A stretch of DNA of 64,000 nucleotides from a bacterium (GTDB lineage Bacteria; Patescibacteriota; Minisyncoccia; Moranbacterales; DUUL01), in assembly GCA_018675685.1 (NCBI GenBank), contig JABGXP010000012.1, positions 11,596 to 75,595 on the forward strand, in the 5' to 3' direction. This document shows positions 28,654-38,056 of the stretch, piece after piece. Under the pieces are notes generated by a model. The model was given only the letters and a program-made list of their open reading frames with translations, was not told the origin of the DNA and ran no database searches. Position numbers and translations under genes: made by a program. Within the stretch, counting starts at the first letter, position 1; the number at the start of each line of letters is the position of its first letter.

Positions 28654-29154
28654 TTATGCTTTAGATTTCTTTGGGTGGCACTTCACACAGCTTGTTGGTG
28701 CGGGGCCTTTCCCTTTGGGATCACCCTTTCTAATATTAAACTCTTTGTGGCATCCAATGCAGTTGGCATGGAGAGCTTCTTTGTGATACTTCACGATTTT
28801 TTCTGATTTACTGAGTTTTTCGCCTTTAACCTTTTTAGTCTCTTTGTGGCAGGTGGAACATTTTTCAGCAGAGTCTCCAATTACCAGAAACAAGGGTTGC
28901 CCCTCCGCGTCATGATGGCATTTATCGCAAGTAGCTTGATAATCCTGAGCGTGTTTTGCGTGAGTAAAAGTCACAAGTCCTTTGGCATGTCTCTTATAAT
29001 CTGGATTATTCATTTTCCAACTCGGAAGAAGTAGACCTTTCTGAGGGATTGTTGTGGCCGAATTGCTATTCGCGATGGATGGTTGATTAAAAAGCAGAAT
29101 CAATGCCAGTGCTACAAGTAGCCCGATTAGGGTAAAAGTAATTCCTTTTTTCAT
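28654..29154 (-). CDS. periplasmic tetraheme cytochrome c3 (class III c-type cytochrome)
   Basis: Signal peptide, then four CxxCH motifs (CDKCHH, CSTCH, CIGCH, CVKCH). The block VTFTHAKHAQDYQATCDKCHH parallels the Desulfovibrio c3 signature VVFNHSTHKSVKCGDCHH, and KYHKEALHANCIGCH parallels YYHVMH...CVGCH. Confidence 0.8.
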   Translation of the reverse strand: MKKGITFTLIGLLVALALILLFNQPSIANSNSATTIPQKGLLLPSWKMNNPDYKRHAKGLVTFTHAKHAQDYQATCDKCHHDAEGQPLFLVIGDSAEKCSTCHKETKKVKGEKLSKSEKIVKYHKEALHANCIGCHKEFNIRKGDPKGKGPAPTSCVKCHPKKSKA

Positions 29155-29342
29155 GGTTTACCTCCTTGATAAGCGTCTTTACGCTTTTTAAAATGTTTAA
29201 GAAGAATAAAATTCCCATTGCAGAAGCACGTTCTTGGGAAAGTACTATAATTTTATTATGTAGTGAAGAGGGCTTTTTGTCAAGCTTAGGAGGTATTTAA
29301 AGGTTTTATCAAAAGAAAGTGATACAAGTATTATAATGAGTA

Positions 29343-29370
29343 TTGCCAATTTCACTATTTGTGATATAAT
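29343..29370 (+). promoter_or_regulatory. sigma70-type promoter TTGCCA-N16-TATAAT for tRNA-His
   Basis: Near-consensus -35 and perfect -10, about 40 nt upstream of the tRNA. Confidence 0.5.
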
Positions 29371-29409
29371 TCTTTCTGTGATAGACCTTTTTGTTTATCC
29401 AAAAAACAT

Positions 29410-29481
29410 GGCGACTATAGTTCAATGGTAGAACGACGGTTTGTGGTACCGCTAATGAGGGTTCAATTCCCTCTAGTCGCC
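29410..29481 (+). tRNA. tRNA-His (GUG) with encoded G-1
   Basis: G-1 plus GCGACTA/TAGTCGC acceptor stem, anticodon loop TTGTGGT, T-arm GAGGGTTCAATTCCCTC, discriminator C73. Confidence 0.85.
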
Positions 29482-29632
29482 CATAGCAACAAAACAAAAA
29501 CTAAAAAAGTTACAAGAAAACCTAAGAAAGGATTATCGGAATTAAAAATGAAAAATTTGGTTTGTCTTGATTTTTGCTTTATGGTAAAATTATCATAGAA
29601 ATTCAAAAAATAAAATTTAAATAAAAATAAAA

Positions 29633-30130
29633 ATGTCTTCAAAGAAAGATAAAAAGGTTTTGCCGGAAGGCGTTGTTATCGCAATTGGGATTGTTTTTAT
29701 TTTTTTATTCTTTACAACAACAACCTTAACTTTAACGCAAGTAAGGAATAAGAGCGCCCAGCACGAAAAAATGCTTGAAAATGCAAAGAACGAAAAGATT
29801 TTACGTTTAGGGGTAGCAAGGAAAGAAAAGTTGCAAATGAAAGAGAGAATGCTCAATGAAAAGAAGGGCGTCCTCCTTTCTTTTTCCGATAAGGAAATTG
29901 TTGTGGAAATCGGAAAACCAAAAGAAGAAGGGGAGAGTGAAATTTTGTCCTATAAAATAACAGATAATACAATTGTAATTTTGACAAGTAAAGAAAGTTA
30001 TGGAAAAGAGGGAAGTGATGATATGGTTGGTAATGTGGAAAATTTAACAGAAGGAGCTACGATTTCGATAAGAGAAGGCGATGGAGAGTTGAAAAAAACT
30101 AATGCAAAAATTATTCGTATTTTTGAGTAA
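29633..30130 (+). CDS. hypothetical membrane-anchored protein
   Basis: One N-terminal TM segment; K/E-rich; no recognisable motif. Confidence 0.45.
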   Translation: MSSKKDKKVLPEGVVIAIGIVFIFLFFTTTTLTLTQVRNKSAQHEKMLENAKNEKILRLGVARKEKLQMKERMLNEKKGVLLSFSDKEIVVEIGKPKEEGESEILSYKITDNTIVILTSKESYGKEGSDDMVGNVENLTEGATISIREGDGELKKTNAKIIRIFE

Positions 30131-30149
30131 AAATACGCTAAGTAAATAA

Positions 30150-30180
30150 AAAAACAAGACTTGCGAGTCTTGTTTTTTTA
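30150..30180. terminator. bidirectional intrinsic terminator
   Basis: A7, then ACAAGACT tgcg AGTCTTGT, then T7, between convergent genes. Confidence 0.7.
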
Positions 30181-30188
30181 TTTGGGAA

Positions 30189-31040
30189 TTACTGCGCCAG
30201 TTTAGAGTTTAGATATGCAATTGACCCTTGAAGCCCACCCAGATCACCAAGTTGAGACCCTTGTATTTTTGGAAGCTGGGGATAAATAGTGAGATATTTT
30301 TGAAGATATTTTTCAACCAAAGGAATAGATATTTTGTGCATCACGGAACCACCAAGAATGAAGGTATCCAGTGACCAATGAACTGCAGAGTTTGTTAATC
30401 CGATAGCTAGATATCGTGCAATGTCGTCCCAAAAAGCCTCATCGTTAATTTCCTCGGGTAATTTACCAGTTCTTTCTTCTATATAGTTTCCTCCGATTAG
30501 ATCCTCCAATCTTCCTGGTTTTTCACAGCCAGGGCAGAGTGTTTGCAGAGGGTCGATAATTTGGTTACCTGGTTCAAAACCCATAGTATTGGATGATATC
30601 TCTCCATGGTCTATAAGTGAACCACCAACACCAGAGCTTATCGTATAATAAGCGATGATTTTATTTTTATAATCGTCTATTTGAGCAGCTTCCGCTAAGC
30701 CAATAACCTCTGTGTCATTTTCTAAGAATACAGTCGCTTGTAGCTCAGTTTCAAGAGCACTACGCAGAGGTTCGCCAGCCCAGCTAGAGAGAGATTTGTT
30801 GATAGTTGCATATGAAGTGACAACTCCAGTCTTGTTTTTATTCAAAGGCGCACCAATCCCTCCAGCAATTGCTGTAATTTTTTGGCCGCCAGAAAGACCA
30901 CGAGCTGCTGAAACAATCATTTCAACGCCCTCCGAGAAGTTACCTGGAGTACTAAAAACCTTGTAATCCGAGATAGTTTTCTTGTCAGTGGAAACAGCAA
31001 CTCTAATTTTAGTTCCTCCAATGTCGAATACAAAATACAT
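30189..31040 (-). CDS. ROK-family sugar kinase (glucokinase-like)
   Basis: FDIGGTKIRVAV phosphate-1 motif, zinc motif CPGCEKPGRLE and a C-terminal ATPase fold. Confidence 0.7.
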   Translation of the reverse strand: MYFVFDIGGTKIRVAVSTDKKTISDYKVFSTPGNFSEGVEMIVSAARGLSGGQKITAIAGGIGAPLNKNKTGVVTSYATINKSLSSWAGEPLRSALETELQATVFLENDTEVIGLAEAAQIDDYKNKIIAYYTISSGVGGSLIDHGEISSNTMGFEPGNQIIDPLQTLCPGCEKPGRLEDLIGGNYIEERTGKLPEEINDEAFWDDIARYLAIGLTNSAVHWSLDTFILGGSVMHKISIPLVEKYLQKYLTIYPQLPKIQGSQLGDLGGLQGSIAYLNSKLAQ

Positions 31041-31057
31041 GTGTTTATTTTTAAAAC

Positions 31058-32461
31058 TTAAAGATTGTGTTCTTTTTTATACACCTTCCATTGTTTATTT
31101 GACCAATTATCTGGTTTTATCTTCAAGACTTCTGTTTCATGATATTTATCAGGGTTATCATAGACGCTTTTGAAAGTATCTTCAAAGACGAGCTCCCCAT
31201 TCTGGTCTCTAACAACTTGCTTGAGGGTTACCTTTAAACCACCGTCCGGTGTCCGTGCGGTTACTCTTGGTCCTTCCATTTTCACTTCTCTCCCATCTGA
31301 TTCACCAAATACATCAAAAATTAATTTACTACCTACTATAGAGGTTTGAAAAATTATATACCCAGGAGTATTATTGATGAATCTCAAGTCTGGTTTTGGT
31401 AGATATATTGTGGCATCAGTTCCTTGAGGACTATAATACTGAACGGGGTAGGCATGATTTCTACGCTCCGTGATTTTGAAGCCCGTATTTAAAGCTGCTC
31501 GAAAGACTGTTGTAGAGACTTGGCAAATGCCACCACCATACTCAGGAATTGTTTTATTATCCTTAATAACAAGCTCCTCCTTGTAGCCAGTTTCTTTCTC
31601 AACTGGTCCTAGAATTTCCACGAAAGAAAATTCTTGCCCGGGTTCCAATAGAAGCCCATTAAATCTATCGACTGCCACGTTAATATTATGAATCCTATTC
31701 CTAGGTGACCCTCTGAAATTTGACTCACCATGTCCAATTTGTTCTTTCACATTCAATCTCTCAAGCGTCTTTTGAGAGATTTTCGCTTCATCCTCCTTAG
31801 TTGGTAGATGAAGAATAATTTTTTCTTCCGATTGGCTCAATGCCGTTAATATAATAGAGACAGTTTTTTCCTCATCAAGAGAGAACCCTGATTTAGCAGG
31901 AGAAATAATCTCTATTTTTCTTTGTAGTGTTCTGTCGTCTCCATCCTTGTTCTCAGTAGTTACTATTTTCAGTTTAGCATTTTTTGGAGCAGAGACAATT
32001 TCTTCACTTAATGTTGACACAAAGCTATTAATTCTTGGAGCGTCAATTTTCAATAAAGCACCTTTTTTGAGGTGACCGACAGAACTTGTGGTGTTAATTA
32101 AATTGCAAATAGAGGAATATTCTCTGAGTGGGGAATTGTTAATATTTGAAACTCCGTCTGCCTGATCCAGACACAGAGAACTTTTTTCAATTTCAGAGGA
32201 ATAACTAGCATCGAAAGAGAAGTTAGTCTCTTTGTTGAAAAAATCTTTTGGACTAAATTCAAAAGCTTTTTCTTGGAATTGCAAAACAATCTTTTTTGCT
32301 AAATATGCTTGCAAGGAAGTATTATTTGAAAAACGCAATTCTTGAGTTTTCAAAAAAAGACTTCCCCTTGTTTGTTCCTTTGCAATACAAGTACTTGTAC
32401 TTGCCAAAAAAAGAATAGGCAGAGAGACTAGTATAAATATTTTTTCAAAAGTGTAATTCAT
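31058..32461 (-). CDS. VanW-family protein (secreted)
   Basis: Signal peptide; VanW core YGGGICQVSTTVFRAALNTG...ERRNHAY. Confidence 0.65.
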   Translation of the reverse strand: MNYTFEKIFILVSLPILFLASTSTCIAKEQTRGSLFLKTQELRFSNNTSLQAYLAKKIVLQFQEKAFEFSPKDFFNKETNFSFDASYSSEIEKSSLCLDQADGVSNINNSPLREYSSICNLINTTSSVGHLKKGALLKIDAPRINSFVSTLSEEIVSAPKNAKLKIVTTENKDGDDRTLQRKIEIISPAKSGFSLDEEKTVSIILTALSQSEEKIILHLPTKEDEAKISQKTLERLNVKEQIGHGESNFRGSPRNRIHNINVAVDRFNGLLLEPGQEFSFVEILGPVEKETGYKEELVIKDNKTIPEYGGGICQVSTTVFRAALNTGFKITERRNHAYPVQYYSPQGTDATIYLPKPDLRFINNTPGYIIFQTSIVGSKLIFDVFGESDGREVKMEGPRVTARTPDGGLKVTLKQVVRDQNGELVFEDTFKSVYDNPDKYHETEVLKIKPDNWSNKQWKVYKKEHNL

Positions 32462-32611
32462 ATACTTAGGATAGCTTAAGTTGAGTATTTTTCAAGTCCT
32501 GTGAAGATATGGATTAAAAAATAGTTTTTGTGAGAGAATGAAACCGTAAGGCAATAAAATAAAAACCAGCTCACTCGCTGGTTTTTATTATAGAAAGTTC
32601 AAAATAAATAT

Positions 32612-33202
32612 TTAGAAACCGCGAACTTGAATTTTCCGTGTCTTTGTTGTATCAGCTTTTGGTAATTTTAATGTTAGAATACCATTTTTCATTGTAGCTT
32701 CTGCTTTGTCGGAGATGATTTCCACTGGGAGAATAACACTTCTTGAAAACGGCCCCCAGTAACACTCTTGATAGTAATAGTTGTCAACGGAAATTTCTTC
32801 ATCTTGCTGCCTTTCTCCCCTGATTGTAACCATATCATTATTAATGTTTACATCAAGGTTTTCAGGTTTTACACCAGCGATTGTTGATTTGATGACAATA
32901 TCGTCATTTGTTTGATACACGTCGATTGTCAGTTGACCTTCTGACTCGATTGGTTGCTCAAATTCTTGTTGTGGTTGTTGCATAGTTTCGTTTTGAATAT
33001 ATTGTTGAATTTCTTGTTCCTCTTGGGGTTCTTCCTGAGCTTGTTCAGGGAATTCATACATGTCGCTTTCTTGTGATTCAAACTGTGTCACAAAACCCCC
33101 TTCTGGTGATTCTTGTAACTCCAATTCCTCCAACTGATCTTCATCCGTAATTTTCTTTATACCCGTCAGTTTTTCAAAAAAGGATTTCTTTTGTTTTGTC
33201 AT
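32612..33202 (-). CDS. Hsp20/alpha-crystallin small heat-shock protein with an N-terminal Q/E-rich extension
   Basis: Alpha-crystallin domain LTIDVYQTNDDIVIKSTIAGVKPENLDV...GILTLKLPK. The N-terminal ~90 aa is acidic and Q-rich low complexity. Confidence 0.8.
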   Translation of the reverse strand: MTKQKKSFFEKLTGIKKITDEDQLEELELQESPEGGFVTQFESQESDMYEFPEQAQEEPQEEQEIQQYIQNETMQQPQQEFEQPIESEGQLTIDVYQTNDDIVIKSTIAGVKPENLDVNINNDMVTIRGERQQDEEISVDNYYYQECYWGPFSRSVILPVEIISDKAEATMKNGILTLKLPKADTTKTRKIQVRGF

Positions 33203-33242
33203 CTGCTACTTTTATTTTTTATGCTCCTTTTATTCCTAAGAT

Positions 33243-33725
33243 TTAGATAATCTTAACTATAGTCACATTGTAACATATATGTATAAAAACTGCCAAGAGG
33301 AAAAACATCAGAGCATACACTCTCGAAACGTGTTTATTGAGGATATTTATTGCAAAAGTAAGAAGGATGGCAGAAGTTATATGAATGATCATTGGGAAAA
33401 AAGCTTTCATCTCTAAAGGAAAGTTCGTTCCTCCGAAAAGAACAAGAGAAAGCTCAAAAAAGCCAAAGCCTAGTCCTAAAAACACAGGAAACAAGAAAAG
33501 CCTTGAGCTTTTGCGAAACGCATTCAATGAATGCGTTGATAGAATGAAATACAGAAGCGAAAATTTAACAACTTCCTCCAGTAAGGCTAGAAAAGAGATG
33601 CTAAAAATGCTTTCATTGCTGGCAATTTTCTGGGGAAGCAAAATCATTATTATCAGCGACAGAAAACTTGAAATGACTCCAAAAACAAAAAAGATTAGAA
33701 TCGTTTGTAGTGTTTTGTTTTTCAC
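33243..33725 (-). CDS. polytopic membrane protein, possibly a PrsW/CPBP-like intramembrane protease
   Basis: Five TM helices; EEVVK (an EExxK-like motif) and HICYN (HxxxN) motifs. Confidence 0.35.
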   Translation of the reverse strand: MKNKTLQTILIFFVFGVISSFLSLIIMILLPQKIASNESIFSISFLALLEEVVKFSLLYFILSTHSLNAFRKSSRLFLFPVFLGLGFGFFELSLVLFGGTNFPLEMKAFFPMIIHITSAILLTFAINILNKHVSRVYALMFFLLAVFIHICYNVTIVKII

Positions 33726-33757
33726 TTTTTGTTTTGTAATTTTAAAACTTTTGATTT

Positions 33758-36430
33758 TTAGGAAAGTTGTTGCAATAAAGCCTTTGTTTTGGATAGTTTG
33801 CTTTTTGTTGACGCAGCCTTTTTCTCTTCTCTTGCAATAACTTCCGCAGGAGCATTTTTGGTAAATGCTTGATTTTTAAGCTTTCTTTCAATTGAAGCTA
33901 GATATTCTTCAGCTTGTTCAAGCTCATTCTCGAGGCGAAGTTTTTCTTTTTTACTATCAATTAAACTTCCAAGCGGAAGATAGATTTCAATCTCTCCCAC
34001 TGTTAGAGGAACGGCATTTTTCAAGCACTCTCCTTTTTCTGTAATGGTTAGCTTTTCAATTCCGGTTTTAAGCTTTTTAATAAGATGTTCTTGCGAACGA
34101 ATGAATTCAGTTTGCTCCCCGGCATAAATCACAACCTCAATCTTTTTGTCTGGTGCAACTTTATGCGCAGCACGAACATTTCTGATTCCCTTAATAATTT
34201 CAATTATTTCACCAAAAAGCGAAGCTTCTTTAGAGTGCCCAAGAAGTTCACGGTATTTCTTTGAAGAAGGCCATTTTTCAGTTAATAGCAAGGAATCATT
34301 GAAGTTGCTCCAAATAGTTTCTGTTATAAAAGGAGCAAAGGGGTGCCAAAGTTTCAAAAGGTCGCTAAGAATAAGAGTTAGAACCTTCTTTTTTTCAGTG
34401 CTATGGTCATATTTTGTAATCTCTAAATACCAATCCGCAAAGTCATTTCGGGAAAATTCTCGCAAATATTCAGCAGCTTTTGAAAAACGATAACCCTCAA
34501 GATCTTTTTTGATCTCATCAATTAAGTCTTGTACTTTTACTATTATTGCTTGATCAGCAGCTGTTAGATTTTCTTTTTTGATCTCACTTTTATCTATGCC
34601 AATCGTTTGGATGATGTATCTTGAAATATTCCAGAGCTTATTTACCATATTTCGTAGCCCTTCGATTTTTTCCTCGGAAAGTTTCATATCATTTCCTGGA
34701 GTAGAACCAATAATAAGAGAAAGCCTAGTTGCATCAGTTCCGTATTTATCAATCATGTCGAGCGGATCAATCACATTTCCTTTCGATTTTGACATTTTTT
34801 TACCCTTTTCATCCAACACAAGTCCATGAAGATATACATTTTTAAAAGGAATATCGTTTATTGCATAGGTTGTCATAATAATCATGCGAGCCACCCAGAA
34901 AAACAAGATATCATAACCAGTCTCCAGAACAGCAGTGGGATGGAAATTCCTAAAATCTTCGGAATCAATATATAATTTCCCATCTTTAATAGAAATTTGT
35001 TCTGGTTTGTTTGCAAGAGTAGAAAAAGTCCACATTCCAGAAGAAAACCAGGTATCAAGAGTGTCTTCATCCTGAACCCATCCTTCTCCTTTTGGTGCTT
35101 CGACTCCTACAAAAATCTCCTCGTCTTTGTACCAAACAGGAACTCTATGTCCATACCAAATTTGCCTTGAAACACACCAATCGCGCAGATTGTCCATCCA
35201 ATGGAAATAATTTTTCTCAAAACGGCTTGGAATGATATTAATCTTTTCTTTCTTAAAAACCCCTTTTTTCACAGCATCAACACAAGTTTCCTTAATTGAT
35301 TTACCTAACAATTTGTCAGTTTTTTTATTTACATCAATAAACCATTGCAAGGAGGGGAGTGGTTCAATCACAGTATCACAACGATAACAAAGGGATAATT
35401 TATGCTTATAGTCTTCCTCGATATGATCGATAAGACCCATTTCTTGCATATCTTCAACAATTGCTTCTCGAGCTTCAAGGGTTGTCATCCCAGCATATTT
35501 TCCACAATTATCCATCATCTTACCGTCTTCATTGATAATCTTTTTTGTTGGAATTCCATGACGTGTCGCCATTTCGCTATCAATAAGACTGTGAGCAGGG
35601 GTCACTTTAACTACTCCTGAGCCAAACTCCATATCAACTGAGCGGTCCGCAATTACCTTCACCATAAATTTTCCAAGGACGCCTTGAATTTCATAATCTT
35701 TGCCAACCATCTCTTTGTAGCGTTTGTCACTAGGGTGAACAGCAACGGCGGTGTCACCAAGCTTTGTTTCTGGACGGGCTGTGGCAAGCACAAAAGGACC
35801 GTATTTAAGCCAATAAAGTTTCCCTGTCACCTCTTCATACTCAACTTCATCATCAGCTAAGGTACTATGGCAACGCGGACACCAATTCACCACACGCTCA
35901 CCACGATAAACCAAGCCATCTTCATACATCAATTTAAAGACAGAATTCACAGCCTTATTTCTGGTTTTATCTAAGGTAAAGGCTTCACGTGACCAATCGC
36001 AAGAGGAGCCGATTTTTTTAATCTGATTTTCGATTGTGTCATGAGATTTTTGCGCAAATTCATCAACTTTTTTCAAAAATTCCTCACGTCCCAATGAATG
36101 TCTGGTCAAACCATCTTCTTTGATGATTTTCTCAACCTTTGTTTGTGTCGCAATCGCTGCATGATCAGTTCCGGGGAGCCAAAGAGTCCTAAAACCATCC
36201 ATTCTATGGAAGCGAATCATGATATCTTCATATGCTAACATGCCCGCATGTCCCATATGCAGAGTCCCAGTTACATTTGGCGGCGGCATTACAATGCAAT
36301 AATCACCTTTTCGAGATTCTAAATTATCAGAATTAAAGGCACCTGAATGTTCCCATTTTTTGTAAACTGCATCCTCATATGCTTTTGGAATATAGGCTTT
36401 TGCAAGTTTTTCGATATTTTCTTTTGACAT
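33758..36430 (-). CDS. valS: valyl-tRNA synthetase
   Basis: PPPNVTGTLHMGHA (HIGH) motif, KMSKSKGN, editing domain and C-terminal coiled coil; 890 aa. Confidence 0.95.
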   Translation of the reverse strand: MSKENIEKLAKAYIPKAYEDAVYKKWEHSGAFNSDNLESRKGDYCIVMPPPNVTGTLHMGHAGMLAYEDIMIRFHRMDGFRTLWLPGTDHAAIATQTKVEKIIKEDGLTRHSLGREEFLKKVDEFAQKSHDTIENQIKKIGSSCDWSREAFTLDKTRNKAVNSVFKLMYEDGLVYRGERVVNWCPRCHSTLADDEVEYEEVTGKLYWLKYGPFVLATARPETKLGDTAVAVHPSDKRYKEMVGKDYEIQGVLGKFMVKVIADRSVDMEFGSGVVKVTPAHSLIDSEMATRHGIPTKKIINEDGKMMDNCGKYAGMTTLEAREAIVEDMQEMGLIDHIEEDYKHKLSLCYRCDTVIEPLPSLQWFIDVNKKTDKLLGKSIKETCVDAVKKGVFKKEKINIIPSRFEKNYFHWMDNLRDWCVSRQIWYGHRVPVWYKDEEIFVGVEAPKGEGWVQDEDTLDTWFSSGMWTFSTLANKPEQISIKDGKLYIDSEDFRNFHPTAVLETGYDILFFWVARMIIMTTYAINDIPFKNVYLHGLVLDEKGKKMSKSKGNVIDPLDMIDKYGTDATRLSLIIGSTPGNDMKLSEEKIEGLRNMVNKLWNISRYIIQTIGIDKSEIKKENLTAADQAIIVKVQDLIDEIKKDLEGYRFSKAAEYLREFSRNDFADWYLEITKYDHSTEKKKVLTLILSDLLKLWHPFAPFITETIWSNFNDSLLLTEKWPSSKKYRELLGHSKEASLFGEIIEIIKGIRNVRAAHKVAPDKKIEVVIYAGEQTEFIRSQEHLIKKLKTGIEKLTITEKGECLKNAVPLTVGEIEIYLPLGSLIDSKKEKLRLENELEQAEEYLASIERKLKNQAFTKNAPAEVIAREEKKAASTKSKLSKTKALLQQLS

Positions 36431-36470
36431 TATTTAGATGAAATTAAGTCCAGTTATGATATTTTTATCG

Positions 36471-37850
36471 TTATTTTTCTACTTTAGTAATCTTAGCCGA
36501 TGAGTGAAAAAACGCAAGACAAACCCAGAAAATAAGCACTCCCTGAGGCAATGTCCAGAAATAGTGATCAGCAAAACCAAGTATTAAAAAAGCAAAAAAA
36601 CATAAAATGAAAGGGTTGTGAAGTCTTCCGAAGAAGCCTTCTTGAAAAAATTGTGTTAAATGAACAATTAGGCAAAGAAAAAGCACTAAACCAATAAGTC
36701 CGATTTCACTAGCAATCAAAAGATAGATGTTATGTACTGGCTGTTGCTCCCATTTTTGTATGTTTTCAGGACTTCTTTCTTTTTGAAAAATAACAAAACC
36801 CCCCATTCCTACGCCAGTTAGAGGAGCAGAAGAGATTATCGAGGTGGCAGTTTTTGTATACTCAGAGCGTAGATCGATAGAATTGTCATTCTCGCAGTGA
36901 TCGAAGCAAATTCGAGGAGATAACATGTTGTAAGAGACGAAAAGTAGTGAAAACGCCAAAAGAATTCCAAAAGCACCTTGTAGAAGTCTAGGTATGTGGA
37001 AATGTTCACAAATTTGCTTAAAAACACGAACAAAGCTTCTTTTGTGAGCAATTAAAAGGATTGTTATGAAAATAACAAGAGCAATAACGACTGAGCGTGA
37101 ATATGAGAGTATAATCCCTGCTGCAAGAATAGCCAAAGAACTAGGGATAAATATATTTAAAAGCTTAGATTTTTTTGAAAAATTGACGTACAAAAGAAGC
37201 CAAACCCCTGCTGCAAGGGCAAGAAGTAAGAAAGCTGCAAAAATATTGGGATGAGGGAATGTTCCATATGCTCGAATAATCTTTGTTCCTGCTATTTCAA
37301 ACTTAGCAACTCCTAAGATCGAGGTTGAAATTTCGCTCTCCCCAAGAAATTTGAGACCAATTGATTTTTGGAAAACAAACTGAACAATCCCTAAAAGTGC
37401 TTGAAAAACACCCGAAACGAGTAACGCAGAGGACGCGTAGATGAAAGTTCTTCTTTTGTAATCAAGCGCTTTGCGAAGCAGAAAAAACGCTAAAATCCCC
37501 AGAAATAGGCGAGTTGTAACATAAAAAGCAATTTGAGGGTTAGTTGCTAAGAAGATGGAGATTAAAATCCAAAAAACAAACAAAAAGAAGGATTTTTTAA
37601 GCAAAAAATCAAGTTTAATTTTTTCCAAATAACGATCCTTGGATGGGAAAATAACTAGAACAAGAGAGAGAAATAATAGAAAAAGAACAATATCAAAAGG
37701 AAAGAGAGACCAGGATAAATTTTCTCGAAAGCCCTCAATATTGCTTATTTGCTCAAAATTAAAGATCTTCCTTACATTAAAAGGGAGTATGGTTAGGAAA
37801 AATAGCGCAAAACAAAGTGGTGCTCGCGTTAGAATTTTTTTAGTATTCAT
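36471..37850 (-). CDS. O-antigen ligase/polymerase-like (Wzy/WaaL family) polytopic membrane protein
   Basis: About 10-12 TM helices with a large periplasmic loop; 459 aa. Confidence 0.5.
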   Translation of the reverse strand: MNTKKILTRAPLCFALFFLTILPFNVRKIFNFEQISNIEGFRENLSWSLFPFDIVLFLLFLSLVLVIFPSKDRYLEKIKLDFLLKKSFFLFVFWILISIFLATNPQIAFYVTTRLFLGILAFFLLRKALDYKRRTFIYASSALLVSGVFQALLGIVQFVFQKSIGLKFLGESEISTSILGVAKFEIAGTKIIRAYGTFPHPNIFAAFLLLALAAGVWLLLYVNFSKKSKLLNIFIPSSLAILAAGIILSYSRSVVIALVIFITILLIAHKRSFVRVFKQICEHFHIPRLLQGAFGILLAFSLLFVSYNMLSPRICFDHCENDNSIDLRSEYTKTATSIISSAPLTGVGMGGFVIFQKERSPENIQKWEQQPVHNIYLLIASEIGLIGLVLFLCLIVHLTQFFQEGFFGRLHNPFILCFFAFLILGFADHYFWTLPQGVLIFWVCLAFFHSSAKITKVEK

Positions 37851-38056
37851 TTATATTTAAAAAGTATTGATTTTAAGGTGTTTTGAGACAAACCATCCAT
37901 TCTTTCGGTGTTTTTTAAAATCCGTTTATCCATAGTGTGATTCGCCTGCTTTTGCACACAAAGTATAGAATATTGTTGGAAAAAATTCAAGCAAGTGAAG
38001 CACTTGCCAAATATTTGATTTTATGTTATAGTAAAATGATTTCAAAATAGTAAGTT

